This document shows positions 12,025-25,900 of a stretch of DNA of 64,000 nt, one piece after another. Source of the stretch: Lama guanicoe (taxonomy: Eukaryota); assembly GCA_013239625.1 (NCBI GenBank), contig MU054391.1, positions 62,001 to 126,000 of the forward strand, written 5' to 3'. Position 1 is the first letter of the stretch, and each line of letters starts with the position of its first letter. Below the pieces are notes generated by a model, which searched no databases, was not told where the DNA came from, and saw only the letters and a list, made by a program, of their open reading frames with translations. The position numbers were made by a program, and so were the translations under genes.

Positions 12025-15000
12025 CAGGATGGTAACCCAGAGGCTCCTGAATTTCCCTTCCACAGAGGCACTGAGTACACAGCCATTCATGGAACAGTTT
12101 CCTCTGAGAGAAATCTAGAGCCTGGCTGAGTGATTCCTACACATCAGGTGACAGAAAATACCCACATCAGAAAAGCTAGGAAAGGCGTATCCACACCGTA
12201 ACCCCACCCCCAGCACACTGCCCTGCAGCTGAGGGAACCCCAACTCCCAGCTTCTCCCTGCAGAGTGAAGGGTTTAAATTGAACGACTAGCACCCCAACT
12301 TTAAGGCTTCCACCCAAGGGATGAGCTTCCAGGTCACTGAGCTCTGAAAGCTAACAGGGCCTGTGTCCACAAGTCCCACCGGAATGTAGCAAATGAGGAA
12401 CCAGGGGGAGGCTGCTCCCCAGGGGCCCAGCTCGGAGAGAGCAGGTAGAAAGGCCATCTTCCCGCTTCACTTCCCTGGAAGGGGTTTGGTTGTGTACTTT
12501 GCAAGCTGCTGCCTGGGGCCCAGCATCTAATTAGCCCAGCATCTAATTAGCTGCTGGCTGTGACCCTCCCTAGAGCCCTGCCTTCTGGCTCTGGTTCACC
12601 CCAACAGTAAAACCAGGCACCTCCCTGGAAGGAGCTTGTCCACACATCTAGTGCCCCAGGTTTTATAGCTGCCATTCGAGGGATGGGTCCCCAATCACCC
12701 AGTTTGGTGGCCTGCAGGACTGACACTCATGAATCCCACTGGACTGAAACCAAGATGCAGTTTTTAAATGGACACCGGAATACCCCCAGCTATACCCTGC
12801 AGCTCAGCATGGACTGAGCAAGTGAAAACACTCATCTCCCAGCTTCTCCACAGAAAGGGCTAAATTACATACTTTCTCAGTCCTGCCTGAGGGTCCAGCT
12901 TCCAATCAGCCCACACCTAGGAGCTGACTGAGAGTTTCTCTGGAACACTGACGGGTCTTTGTACACCCTCAACTACTGGGAGCCACTAAAAACAAAGATA
13001 GCAGTTTGGACAATCACAGAGGTTTGAGAGCTCAGGAGCTCAGGCTGGGCTGATAGCCAGGATTCAACTCCTACATGAGAACATTCCATCCAGACTGGGA
13101 GACGTGGCTGTTTTATCTAATGTGCAGATACAAACACAGAAAGTCAAGGAAAATGAAGAAGCAGGGGAATATATTCTAAACAAAAGAACAAGATAAATCT
13201 TCAGAAACTTACCTTAATAAAATAGAAAGAAATGATTTACCTGATAGAGAGTTCAAAATAACCCGCATAAAGATGCTCACTGGTTCAGGAAAGCAATCCA
13301 TGAACAAAGTACAAAACAGCAATCATAGAGCTGAAAAATAGAATAAAAATAACTTAACTGAAACATTCAAATACAGAGGTTCAACAGCAGACTAGACTGA
13401 GAAAAAGAAATGATCAACAAATTTGAAAATATGGCAGTAGAATTTATTCAAGTAGAGAACAAAAAGGAAAAAGAATGAAGAGTAAAGACACTTAGGGGAC
13501 TTTTGGGACCACCAAGCAGCTGGATGGGTACATTACAGAGGTCCCAGAGGAGACGAGAGAGGGAAAGAGGCAGAAAGCCTATTCAGAGAAGTAACGGCTG
13601 AAAACTTCCCGTAAATTGAGGAAAGAAACAGACGTCCTGACCCAGGAAGCCCAGAACCCCAAGTAAGCTGCACCTGAAGAACCCCACACTGAGACATTGT
13701 AACCACACAGCTGAGAGCTGGAGACAAGAAGACTATCTTAAAAGCAGCAAGAGAAAAGCAACTTATTATGACCAGGGAACTCTCATAAGACTGCCAGTGG
13801 GTTTTTCAGCAGAAACCTTGTGGGCCAGAATAGAGCTCGCAGGATAATACATTCAAAGTCTTGAAAGAAAAAACTGTCAACCAAGAATCCTTTACCTCGC
13901 AAAGCTGTCCTTCAGAATTGAAGGAGAGAGAAAGAGTTTTCCAGATAAACAAAAGCTGAAGAAGTTCATCACCACTGACTTTGCCTCACAAGAGATGCTA
14001 AAGGGAGTTCTTCAGGAGGAAGTGAAATAATGAAAATTAGTAACAGGAAAACATATGAAAGCATAAAACTCACTGGTAAAATTAAAAATAGAGTTACATT
14101 CAGAATACTCTCCTATTGTAATGGTGGTGGTGGTTAAATCACTTATAAATCTAGTATGAAGGTTAAATAACAAAGCGTTGAAGTAACTATAATTACAGTA
14201 ATTTGTTGATGGATATACAGGTAAAGATAGATAAATTGTGACATTAAAGACATAGAATGTGGTGGGAGGGTAAAAATGTAGACGTTTAATATGTGTGCAA
14301 AGTTGTTATCAGCTTAAAAGAGACTGTTATGTTTTCTGTAAGCTTCATGGTAAACACAAAGCAAAAACATACAGTAGGCATACAAAAGAAGAGAAAAGAA
14401 TCTAAGACTAGCACTACATAAAATTATCAAATCACTAAGACAGAGATCAAGAGAGGAAGAGAGGAAGAGAGGAATTACAAAACAGCCAAGAAATAACCAA
14501 CAAAATGGCAATAGTAAGTCCTGACCTATCAATTATTACTTCAAGGGTAAATGGACTAAAGTCTCTTATCAGAAGACATAGAGTAGCTAAATGGATTTAC
14601 AAAAAGATAAGACTCAACAAGCCTACAAAAGACTCACCAGCTTTAAAGACATATGCAGACTGGAAGTGAAGGGATGGAAAAAGATATTGCATGCAAATGA
14701 AAACCAAAAGAAAGCAGAGGTAGCTATATCAGAAAAAAACAGACTTTAATCGAAATACTGTAATAAGAGACAGAGAAGGTCAGTATATAATAATAAAGGG
14801 GTCAATTCAACAAGAGGCTAAAATGTTTGTAAACATTTATGAGCCCAATATCGGAGCAGCTAAATATATAAAGCAAATATTAACAGGCCTAAAAGGAGAA
14901 ATAGACAGCAATACAAAATTATGGGGGGGACTTTGATACCCCCCCTTTCATCAATGGATAGATCATCCAAATAGGAAATCAATAAGGAAACACTGGCCTT

Positions 15001-16049
15001 AAATAGCATGTCAGACCAGATGGACATAACAGACATTTACAGAACCTTCCATCCAATAGCAGCAGAATGCACATTCTCGGCAAGTGCATGTGGAACATTC
15101 TCCAGGACAGAGCCTACGTTAGGCACAAAACAGGTCTGAATGAATTTAAGAAGACTGAAATCATATCAAGCATCTTTTTCTGGCCACAATGGTATAAAAC
15201 TAGAAATCAGTTATAAGAAGGAAACTGGAAAGTTCACAAATGTGTGGAGATTAAACAACATGCTCATGTTTGACCTGCCCACAGCTAACATCACACTCTA
15301 CAGTGAAAATCAGGAAGCTTTCCCTCCAGGACCAGGAGCAATCAGGATGTCCACTCTTACCACTTCTTTTCAGCATTGTGCTGGAAGCCATGGCCAGAGC
15401 AATTAGGCAAGAAAAAGAAATAAAAGGCATTCAAATTGGAAAGGAGGAAGCAAGATTATCTCTGTTTACAGACGGCATGTTATTATATCTAGAAAACCCT
15501 AAATGTCCATCAACAGATGAATGGATAAGGAAAATATGAGATACCTATCTATAGATAGATCTATAGATAGACATAGATATATTCATTCTCTGGGCAAAGG
15601 AAGGAAACTCTGAAATTTGTAACAACATGGATGAAATTGAGGGGATTATATTAAATGAAATAAAGCAGAGAAGGACAAATACTGGGATTTTAAAAAGCCA
15701 AACTCATTGAAACAGGGAGCGGATTGGTGTTTACCAGGGGCTGGGAGGTGGGGGAAATTAAGAGATGTTGATCAAAGGTACAAACTTCCAGTTTATAAGA
15801 GGAGCATGTTCTGGGGATGCTAATGTACAGCGTGGTGACTACAGTTATAATACTGCATTCTATAATTGAAATTTGGTAAGAGAGTAGAACTTAAGGGTTC
15901 TCATCAAATAAAAAAATACGTGAGATGTTGGACGTGTTCATTAACTCAGTAAGAATCCTTTTACAATGTCTGTGTATTTCAAATCACAGACCTTTTAAAA
16001 AATTTACAATTCTATTTGTCAATCTTATGTTAATAAAGCTGAAAAAAAG
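12025..16049 (+). mobile_element. Internally deleted L1 (L1MA9/10-like 3' end) with 5'UTR, decayed ORF1 (about 13150-14030), ORF2 EN region (about 14504-15265), an RT fragment (about 15270-15500) and a 3' end
   Basis: ORF track peptides match L1 ORF2 ([48 protein letters not shown]...[12 protein letters not shown]). Terminal AATAAAGCTGAAAAAAA. Confidence 0.88.
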
Positions 16050-16149
16050 AGCTTGGAATACAATCATGGAGGTGAGTTTTAACCTGCAGACCAACCACAG
16101 ACCTCTGGTTACTTTACAAAAAGCAAGTAAGAAAAACAAGATAAAAACA

Positions 16150-16769
16150 GTAACTGAGCATTTAAAACATTTATTTCAGGACAACAGAACCATGTCAACA
16201 TAAGTTTATTCTACTGCTACAAATGAACATAACCTCACAAAGAAGGAAAGTTAATAGATGTCATCTTTTTTAATGAATAGTGGCTGAATTTCTGTGTAAT
16301 AGCATGTTACATATATGTGCATAAAACATAAATATGCAACTTTTGAAGGTATAGAAATAATTTTAAGAATTAATATTCTAGTTAGTACCTACAACTCTAA
16401 GTATTACTTAATACCCAGTTAGAATTCATGCCCCATTCTTAAGCTTCCCAAATTAAAGTCATCACGTACAAGGTCAAATCAAATGTTTATGGATGTTTGA
16501 AAATGAACACAAAAGAAATGTGACCACATACATTGGAAGACATTAACTATTAAATAGTGTGTGTAATAAAATTAGTGGAAAGTATTTAAAGGTACGTAAG
16601 GTAACCATTTATATACAGAAAAAAATCTTTTACATACAGGATAAAAGTTTATGGAATAAACAGAAGAGTATTTGGACTTGTATTAAAAACATTGTTTAAC
16701 TGGATAGTAAATCCTGTGAGTGTAGAAATAATTTTCTTATAATTCTGAAAGAAGGAAATAATATAAACT
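16150..16769 (-). other. SH3YL1: SH3YL1 3'UTR (about 0.6 kb; 3' end approximate)
   Basis: AT-rich unique sequence after the stop codon, ending at AATAAA signals followed by a U/GU-rich tract. Confidence 0.7.
16170..16210 (-). terminator. SH3YL1 polyadenylation signals (AATAAA at 16205-16210 and 16170-16175)
   Basis: Plus-strand TTTATT hexamers. Downstream on the minus strand lies CTGTTTTTATCTTGTTTTTCTT (about 16129-16150), a typical U/GU-rich element. Confidence 0.65.
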
Positions 16770-16960
16770 TTAATTCATGGTAACATAGTTGGCTGGAAAA
16801 ATGCCCGTTTGACCTCGGAGCTTTCCTTCCCACCAATCAAAATGTGAGTCTGTTTTTGATAGAACTGTGATTCTGTCTCCAGCTTGAAAATTCAAGTCTC
16901 CTGGCTGCTGTCCTTCAAAAGAATACAGTGCTGTCACTTCTATGGGTTGGTCTGAATTGC
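16770..16960 (-). CDS. SH3YL1: SH3YL1 exon 10 coding part (191 nt), SH3 domain: [62 protein letters not shown]
   Basis: ttttag|GCAATTCA...; SH3 motifs ALYSF, WW and GIFPANYV; stop TAA at 16770-16772. Confidence 0.97.
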
Positions 16961-19900
16961 CTAAAACAAGAAAAACTTATTTAAATTATTCACATTTTTA
17001 TGAGAAAACTGGAAGTATGCGTCAGCAAGATATCATTTAACACCTCAGGGCTTGGTGTGCGGACGCCTTGGAAGCACGTGGGCTGTGTGACGTCAGCACA
17101 TTGCGAAGAGCCATGTTTGGGAATAACATTCCCTAAATCCACACAAGTCAAACTGCATAAAATTATGTGCTTCAACCATGTGTTTAGCAAATATTTGTGG
17201 TTATAATTGTTTAAATTTTGAATAGTCTGTAAGACAATATCACACAGTTTTTCCCATTTTAACAGCATACTCACGATAGTTCCTGTGAGTTACACTTATT
17301 TGATAAAAGGTGATGCTTATGCTCCTGACTGGATCATCAAAGACTCGATTTAAACACCGTGCTCTGCAGTCACTGGTTCTGAGGACTCCGGCCCAGGTGC
17401 TCGTGCCACTGCCGCAGCGGACACACTTCCCCCAGGCTTCTGTGGCCGTTTTCCTTGCTGTGCTTACTTGATCTCTTCTCGCCAAGACAGAGGTGAAATT
17501 CAAACTTGCACATCAACAAGCACGTCTACACATGTTTAGCAAGAGCTTCTACACTGTGTCTAGAATTTTGCATGTTGTACTGGGAAGAAAAATCTTCAAA
17601 ACTGCGTGGGCAACATGAGTAAAAGACATCCAACACTATAAACTGTGCAGCATCACAAGAATTCTACAGAAACACACCTGTGCGCTCAGCTACGTGGAAT
17701 CCAGCATTTCCATGTTCCGTACAATTTTGTGCGTACCTTAGGCCATTAGATGCTTGTTAAATGCATCTAAGAGCAAATACACAGAAAATATAAATAACCA
17801 AATTCTAAAGCCAGTGACTCATTTGAGACTATACCACTACTGTAATAAAAAACAAACTGAATTTGGCCTGTCAGTAAGAAAGAAAAGCAGTCACCACTTT
17901 TAACTACAGTGACTGAAGCACTGAATTTGTACCTCACACGAGATGCTGCTACAGCTCTTTCTGTAAAGCGTGTCTTACAGTTGAGTTCTCCTAAGAGACA
18001 TAACTTCAATGATAACTATCCACAGTAGCAATATTACTGGCATAGTTTTCCTGTAAAGTGAAGCTCTTCATATTTTAATAGTTTATACTATATTTATTTT
18101 TAACCTATAAGTTTTAAGAAGTCAGGTTAAAAGTATGTCACTAAAAGAATAAAGTTTGATAGAGTCTGGATACGATCAAAACCAGCTGAATGACTACTAA
18201 CACCCCGACGGCCAGGGAAAGCAGCTGTCACACGACGCTGAGACCAGTCCTCACGCCACTTTGTCACCAGATCAGAACATAAGTTAATGTTGAAGAAAAA
18301 ATCATTCTGAACATTATTTTCTTATCAGTAATGATAGTCATGACCTCCCTATGTAAAGCTCAATCTAGAGTAACCGAACTTAAATAACGGAAGCCCTCAA
18401 GTAACTCCTTCACCCTCTTGTCTCCCAGAAATGACAGATGACAGAAAGAAGCAAGTAAAAGATGCTTGTGAGCATCGGGGAATGTTCTGGAAGCCACAGC
18501 CGTCTCAGCCGCCGCACACGTATCCTGTTCGGAGCACTAACTGCAGAACTGAAGATGTGTAGGGATGCTGATGGCAGGGTAACAGGTGTTCCTTGCCGTG
18601 TGCACAGTAAGTCCCTCCTGTCTGCTGAGCTGGGCGCTGAGGTGGGCGCTGGACGTGCCCACGCATCCCCCCCGCAGAATGCGAACCTAGACTTGCCAGC
18701 CTTGAGTGGTTGGTCCCAGCGGTGGGAGCTGACTCTGGGAAGTCTGTCTCCAGCGCTCTTAACCACTATTGAGATTACACCCAGGGTCCTCAGCAACCAC
18801 ACACATCTTAAATTGTGTTCAACAGACTGAGCTGAGATTCAGCAGAGCATTTTGCTTCTGCAGGGCAAAATTTCAAGGACAATCAGTATCTTTTCCCACA
18901 AGCCTGCATTATCCAGACTTTGCAAATGATAATAGCTGATGCTGATGATCCTTGTTAATCACTGACAACGGGATTGGTTCCTAGTGGTCATAGAAATATG
19001 TCTTATGATGAATAATTAGGGGAAAAAAGACATTATGAACTAAAGAAGAGAAAAGGCAGAGGGGATCACAGACTTGGTTCACTCCCTGCCCTCTAATTTG
19101 CTCTGTGGTCTCCAGCTGAGACAAGGGTAAAGCAGTAAAGGGATGGACGGTGTGAGGAGGGGCAGCGCTGCTGGGATGGAGGAGGCCCCTCTTCCTGTCC
19201 AGGCTGGAGCCAAGCCGAGGCAGATGTGGGGGCTCATGCTGGCAGAGCTGGGGAGGGACGTGGCTAAGACAGGCAGGCGTGGGTGTGCCAGACGCCTCAC
19301 CCAGCTGCCTCGTCAGGCAAACCCTCCACCTCCTGGGGGACGAGTCTAGGAGTCAGGAGTTTAGTGTGTTGGGAAAGTTCATCCACCTGGAAACAAAGCA
19401 GGGAGCCTGGCCTGAGCGAAGGCAGGTGCTCCCAGGACGAGACGGCTCACGGGCTGCTCGGTGCCACGCCCTGCTGCTAGCTTTCTCTTCAGTGAGCTGG
19501 GAATTTCCCAAAGTTCCTCTTCGCTGTGAGTATTAGGAACAATTTCCATAGGAGATGTTTAATGTTCACAAAATGATTCATTAAAACCCGATGAGCCAAG
19601 GAGGCATGTTTTTCCAGGAAGGGAGGCCACCCTGGAGGCCACAGAAGCCAAGCCCACTGGGCCACTGAGCAGCCCACTTGCACAGGTGCCTGCTCTCCTG
19701 AGTAACACATGCCTTCAAGTTTTGTATTTTTGCACTTAAAAAAAAATCGGAAGGATCTTTAAAGCAATTGGCCTTTTTTGTCATAATACTCAAGTTTAAT
19801 TCAAACAGAGGTTATTTTTCTCTCCCAAATCAGGGCTACACGTAACAGGAAGCAGATCACATCAGCTCCAGTGATTGGCAGCTGCTCTAAGGCTCGTGAC

Positions 19901-22900
19901 GAGCAAGGCTGGGTCCACGGGACTCTGATGCTTTACTTCTCGGTGGAGCCTGCATAGTGTGACTCATGTGTAGCTAATACATCTGGCCTCAGACACGACT
20001 CAGAAGAAGGGTCTCAGCCTTTGGAAGGTCCCTTTCAAGAACTGACCAGAAGTAAGAGAACACAGCCTTGGGGTTGTTTCACATTTACTGCACTGATGGG
20101 CTGGGTAGGTGACTTGATCCTGGCGTGCACTTTCTGCCTGGGCCACGTGGGGCCACGTCCTCTGTAGGACTGCGAGTGTCATGCTGAGCGAGCTGGACAG
20201 GCCGCCGAGTGAGGCCACCAGACCAGGGGGTTCTCAGAAGGCAAAGTCTGGGGCATTTGTGGTTGTCACAGCCAGGGAGGGGGCACTACTGGCCCCAGGC
20301 AGACTTACTCCACAGGTGCCGCTCAGCCCCATGCAGCCAGGACAACAGCCAACACAGAGCTGCCGTGTTCCCACGGATGGTCACAGGGTGGGAGCGAGGC
20401 CAGGATGGACGCTGGCCCAGGAACCTTCCATGACAGCGGGGAGTTCAGGATAGAGCTTATTGTCACTTCTGTCACACAGGCTCAGTTACCAAGCCCAGTG
20501 AGCAGGGCTGCCGGCTCTCGCCGCGTCCCTCCGGGAGACCTGAGGACATGCTTGGAGCCTCCGAAGGTGCAAAGTAAAAGTGTGCACGTCTGGAGAATGA
20601 TGGTCACGCAGCCCATCTATAGGCCCGGGGCAGGCTGGAGAGCTGGCCTGCGGGGGCCGGTGTCCTGCGCAGGGGGCTTTTCCTCTTGGGCCTCAGGCCC
20701 GTGGCTCCTGACTTCTCTCCACAAGGGTGATGGACCAGGGTGTGAGGACATTCCTGGTAAGAGTTTTAACTCCTTTTGCAGCTGCTTTTTTTTTTTTTAA
20801 ACACAGTAATGGAAAGTAAGATTTATTTTTTAAATAGACTTTCAATTTTCTCTTTTATTTTCTTCTTCAAAGTCCTTCATATTTTGAGAAAGGACTAAAA
20901 TAACTTAATATTAACATTAACCTAGCACTTACTGTTTGTACAACTTGCCCTACCCCTTCAAATACAGAAATAAAACCCAACCAACCGGTCAGAATGGCCG
21001 TCATTCAAAAATCCACAAATGACAAATGCTGGAGAGGCTGTGGAGAAAGGGGAACCCTCCTACACTGCTGGTGGGAATGCAGTTTGGTGCAGTCACTGTG
21101 GAAAACAGTGTGGAGACCCCTCAAAAGACTAGGAATAGACTTACCATATGACCCAGGAATCCCTCTCCTGGGCCTGTATCCAGAAGGAAATCTACTTCAG
21201 GATGACACCTGCACCCCAATGTTCATAGCAGCACTATTTACAATAGCCAAAACATGGAAACAGCCTAAATGTCCATCAACAGGTGACTGGATAAAGAAGA
21301 TGTGGTATATTTATACAATGGAATACTACTCAGCCATAAAAACCGACAACATAATGCCATTTGCAGCAACATGGATGCTCCTAGAGAATGTCATTCTAAG
21401 TGAAGTAAGCCAGAAAGAGAAAGAAAAATACCATATGAGATCGCTCATATGTGGAATCTAAAAAACAAAAACAAACAAACAAACAAAAACAAAGCATAAA
21501 TACAGGACAGAAATAGACTCACGGACAGAGAATACAGACTTGTGGTTACCAGGGGGGTGGAGGGTGGGAAGGGATAGACTTGGATTTCAAAATTGTAGAA
21601 TAGATAAACAAGATTACACTGTATAGCACAGGGAAATATACACAAAATGTTATGATAAATCACAGAGAAAAAAATGTGACAATGAGTGTGTATATGTCCA
21701 TGAATGACTGAAAAATTGTGCTGAACACTGGAATTTGACACAACATTGTAAAATGATTATAAATCAATAAAAAATGTTAAAAAACAAAACAAAACAAAAC
21801 CCAACCAACCGCCCAGCCACGGGAGGGAACATTGTCTTTGGTGAATGGAAGTACGGGGTGTAAGTCTGAGCCTCTGCCTCCAGAGCCCACTAGGGTTTTG
21901 TTTCTTATTACTAAACATTTTCCCTCTTTGCTTTTAAAGAGATATTTCTAATATGTTTGAGGCACCTGGGCTGCAGGTGCAGACTTCAGAGAAGTCTGAG
22001 GAAAGGAACTCCAGTCCCCAGGCCTTTGCAGGGGGTTCACAGCCTCTGCACACTGTGGCCAACGTCCCTGTTCCCTCGGGAGAGAGGGCACCTCCCAGCA
22101 AGCTCAGCCTGGCGACCCCTCAAGCTCAGTGTCTAACTGTGCGTCGCACGTGTTAACTGAAGCGCTTCTCACGGTGCGGTGGGTCGCCCACAAACCCAGG
22201 AGGGGTTCCCAGATACTGTCACGTCCTGCCAGATTAAGTAGGAAGTTTGTGATTAGGAGATGGTTGTGAATCATTTCAGAACAGAGGTTTTTTACTTACC
22301 AGCTCTCTCACGACAGCTGGGAAGTTCAGGGTAGAGCTTATTTTCACTTCTGCTACCTGCAAAAAGGAAACAGACAAGTATAAGGGGGGAGCGTTCAGAA
22401 CCCTTATTAGTGTATGGTATACAAGATACTCCAGAATGGCAAATCTTGCCCTTGCTGAGCAAGTATTTTAAATTACTGTAACTGTAATGATAGAAATATC
22501 ATTAATTTGTCATCTTTAAATCAAGAGGAGTACCTGAATAAACACAGGAAATAGACCAAGCATAATGCAGAGGGTGAATATCTGGTGTCTGTGTGACCAG
22601 ATGCATATAAACGGCAGCTCAGGGCCTTGCAGTTACACGTTTATGAAAAACATGCACATCTTTTTCCAGAAGTGATTGTAAAATACCCACATAAAAACCC
22701 TGCAATCCCCGAGCCAGTGATTTTCAAGCATTCTTGCTTGCTTAACACCTAAGATAATTTTTAAACAGCAAGTGTTCACTTGTGTATACTTAATTGATAC
22801 CTAAAATTGTTGAATATGAGCTTAAGGGTGTAATGTTCAGCATATTTCACTATCAGTTACTTAATCATATCTCCCCTTTTTTGAATAAAAGGATCTCAAT

Positions 22901-25900
22901 GTGATAGTGATTTGAACTCACCATCATTCATTAAAGAAAATCAGTGAGATATTTTTTAATAGTCAGAGATTACATGCTGTTCATTTTTAACCTTCAAATC
23001 ATATATTCATTCCATTTGTCACAAATATTTTTTACTAATGTATTAATATATTTTTATATAAGTTTCTACAACAAAAATTTGTACATAAATTTATTTTAAA
23101 ATTTTAAGTAACACAATCCTCTATTAAATAATTTCTTAGATTGAGTTTCATGTTGGTATATATTGATCAAAATGTGAAATATATTACGAATTTGTTAATT
23201 TACTAAACATGAAAGTAAAATTTTATTTGAAATGCATCTCAATGTATGGGCAAGACTTTTAACAATTAATTGACATACAAGATGACTATTTCTTGTTTCT
23301 GGAATGACATAGTTCAACATCAAATTGTATTTCAGTGGTCCTTTTTAAAGATATAGGTGCTAAGAAAGCTGTTTTTTATAAAAACTAGAGAGGGCAAGAA
23401 AGAGATTTTATAGCAATGTGACAGAGTTCTTCTACATCCCTTCCAAAACAGAGGTAAAAAATCATACAGTGATCACCTAAAAGCAGCAATAATAAAATAT
23501 TACTTATAAAGTAATAAACTTACTATTATAACTTTTTATTTTGGTGATAAATTGATATGTGATTTTTAAAATAATTAATATATAATGATAATATTAATTA
23601 CTACTCACTGTAAATTCAGATAACAATGTCATTAGGTCCCCCCTTCAACTTTGCTAAAAGCAAAAAAATAGAAATCACCTAATCTACCAAACTAATTACT
23701 GCTCATCAGCCTTACTGACTGCACCAAGATCAACATCCACATTTCAAACTGGATCATTATCCTCACATTGTGTGGACAACTCAGTGCAAATGGTTAAGAT
23801 GATTTGCCAGTGCTTTTGTTCAAGTGTGAATAAAGCTCCCATGAAAGGCCAGCAGACAGAGGACAGCCTCATGTCATGGGTCAGCGTTAAGGATGAACAC
23901 TTGTGGGAACTGGAGATCTGGAAATTGCATCTCCCGAATTATCTGTGCCCACGTGCCCTGCACAGTCTCTGGGTGGCCCCTGAGGAGGGTTGTGCTCCAA
24001 CGTGAAGGCAACTGGCCTAAGAAGTTTATTTGTATAAAAATACAGAATTAAGCAATGGCAAGGTGGGAAAGAGGGCATAAAAGCATCCCAAGAGAGTCTA
24101 TTTTAAAAACCTGACTAGAAATAAGAGATTTCAGGTAGGTGACAATACATAAGACAAAATAAATGCAAATTGAGGCTTTCTCAGCTATTAAAATAAGCAA
24201 TCTACAATCCAAGTGGGACAGTACATTCCACTCACCACAGAAAACCAAAATTGTAAAGTACTTATACATTTAATAAGAGAAGCACAGAACCTATAAAATG
24301 TCAGGAAAGACATAAAATACCAACCAACGGAAAGCATAAAGTGGGAAGATTATCATACAAATGCCAAATTTATTAGTGTATGCATTTATTATTGTAATTA
24401 ATATCCATAAATCATAGAATTCATAGAAGTACATAATATTATTTTAACTAGAATTGCATATTGGGGGTGGAGGGGTATATTGGTAAAGTGGTCTTAAGGT
24501 AAAAACAGTAAGCGTACAGTAATTGTGAGAATAAAGTACTGCAAGACAATGTAGGACACCATGAGTGCAATCTCCTGAGGAGGTGGGAAGACCTTAACCA
24601 TGACTGGAAATACAAAACTTCAATAAAAGTAAGAATTTAAAAAACCCATATGATTATCTCAACAGATGCAGAAAAAGCTTTTGATAAAGTTCAACATCCA
24701 CTTATGATAAAAACTCTCCAGAAAGTGGGCGTGGAGAGAACATGCCTCACATAGCAAAGGCGGTATATGACAAACCACAGACAACATCGCGCTCAGCCGT
24801 GAAGAGCTGGAAGCACTTCCTCCCAGGTCAGGAACGAGACAAGAATGACCGCTCTCACCACTTTTCTTCGACATAGTTTTGCAAGTCCTAGCCACAGCAA
24901 TCAGAGAAGAAAAATGAAAGGAATCCAAATTGTAAAGGAAGAAGTAAAACTGTCACTGTTTGCAGATGACATGACACTATACACAGAAGACCCTAAAGCA
25001 CCACCAGAAAACTATCAGAGCTCATCAATGAATCCGGTACAATTGTAGGACACAAAAATTAATATACAGAAATCTGTTGCATTTCTATACACTAACAATG
25101 AAATATCAGAAAGAGTAACTAAGAAAAGAGTCAATTTACCATTGCATCAAAAAGAAAAAAATACCTAGGAATCAACCCACCCAAGGAGGAAAGGACCTCT
25201 ACTCTGAAAAGTGTGACACTGATGAAATTGAAGACAACACAGACAGATGGAAAGATATGTCGTGTTCTTGGATCAGAAGAATCCATACTGTTAAAATGGC
25301 CATACTACCCAAGGCAATCTACAGATTCAGTGGAATGTCTATCAAATAACCAATGCCATTTTTCACAGAACTGGAACAATAAATGTTAAAATGTGTATGG
25401 AAACACAAAAGACTTCAACTAGCCAAAACCGCCTTGAGAAAGAACAGAGTCTGGAGGAATCACAGTCTCTGACTTCAAACTATACTACAAAGCTACAGTC
25501 ATCAAAACAGTATGGGACTTGCACAAAAACAGACACACAGATCAATGGAACGGGATAGAAAGCCCAGAAATGAACCCACACACTTACGGCCAATTAATGT
25601 ATCATAAAGGAGCCACTGTATTACAACTTAAAGCAAACGGAAGGTGAGGGATCTAAAGCTGGAGAATTTCACGCCAGCAAAGGACAGCTGGATAACTTTA
25701 GAAAGAGGTTTGGCTTGTAAAATGTCAAGATGACATGAGAAGCAGCTTCTGCCATCCAAGAGGCAGCAGATGGGTTCCCAGACGCCACTAAGAAAATCAC
25801 TGAGGAGGAAGGATATGTGTCTGAACAAGGTTTTAATGCAGATGAATGTACCCTATTCTGGGTGGGAAAAATAAAAAATGACATTTGTTAGTAAAGATGA

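Noticed and set aside
12518..12549. 16-bp perfect tandem duplication GCCCAGCATCTAATTA
   Set aside because: Simple slippage duplication within an L1 5'UTR fossil; only two units.
15543..15580. Palindrome CTATCTATATAGATAG (and similar ATACACACGTGTGTAT near 34165)
   Set aside because: Low-complexity microsatellite-derived self-complementarity.
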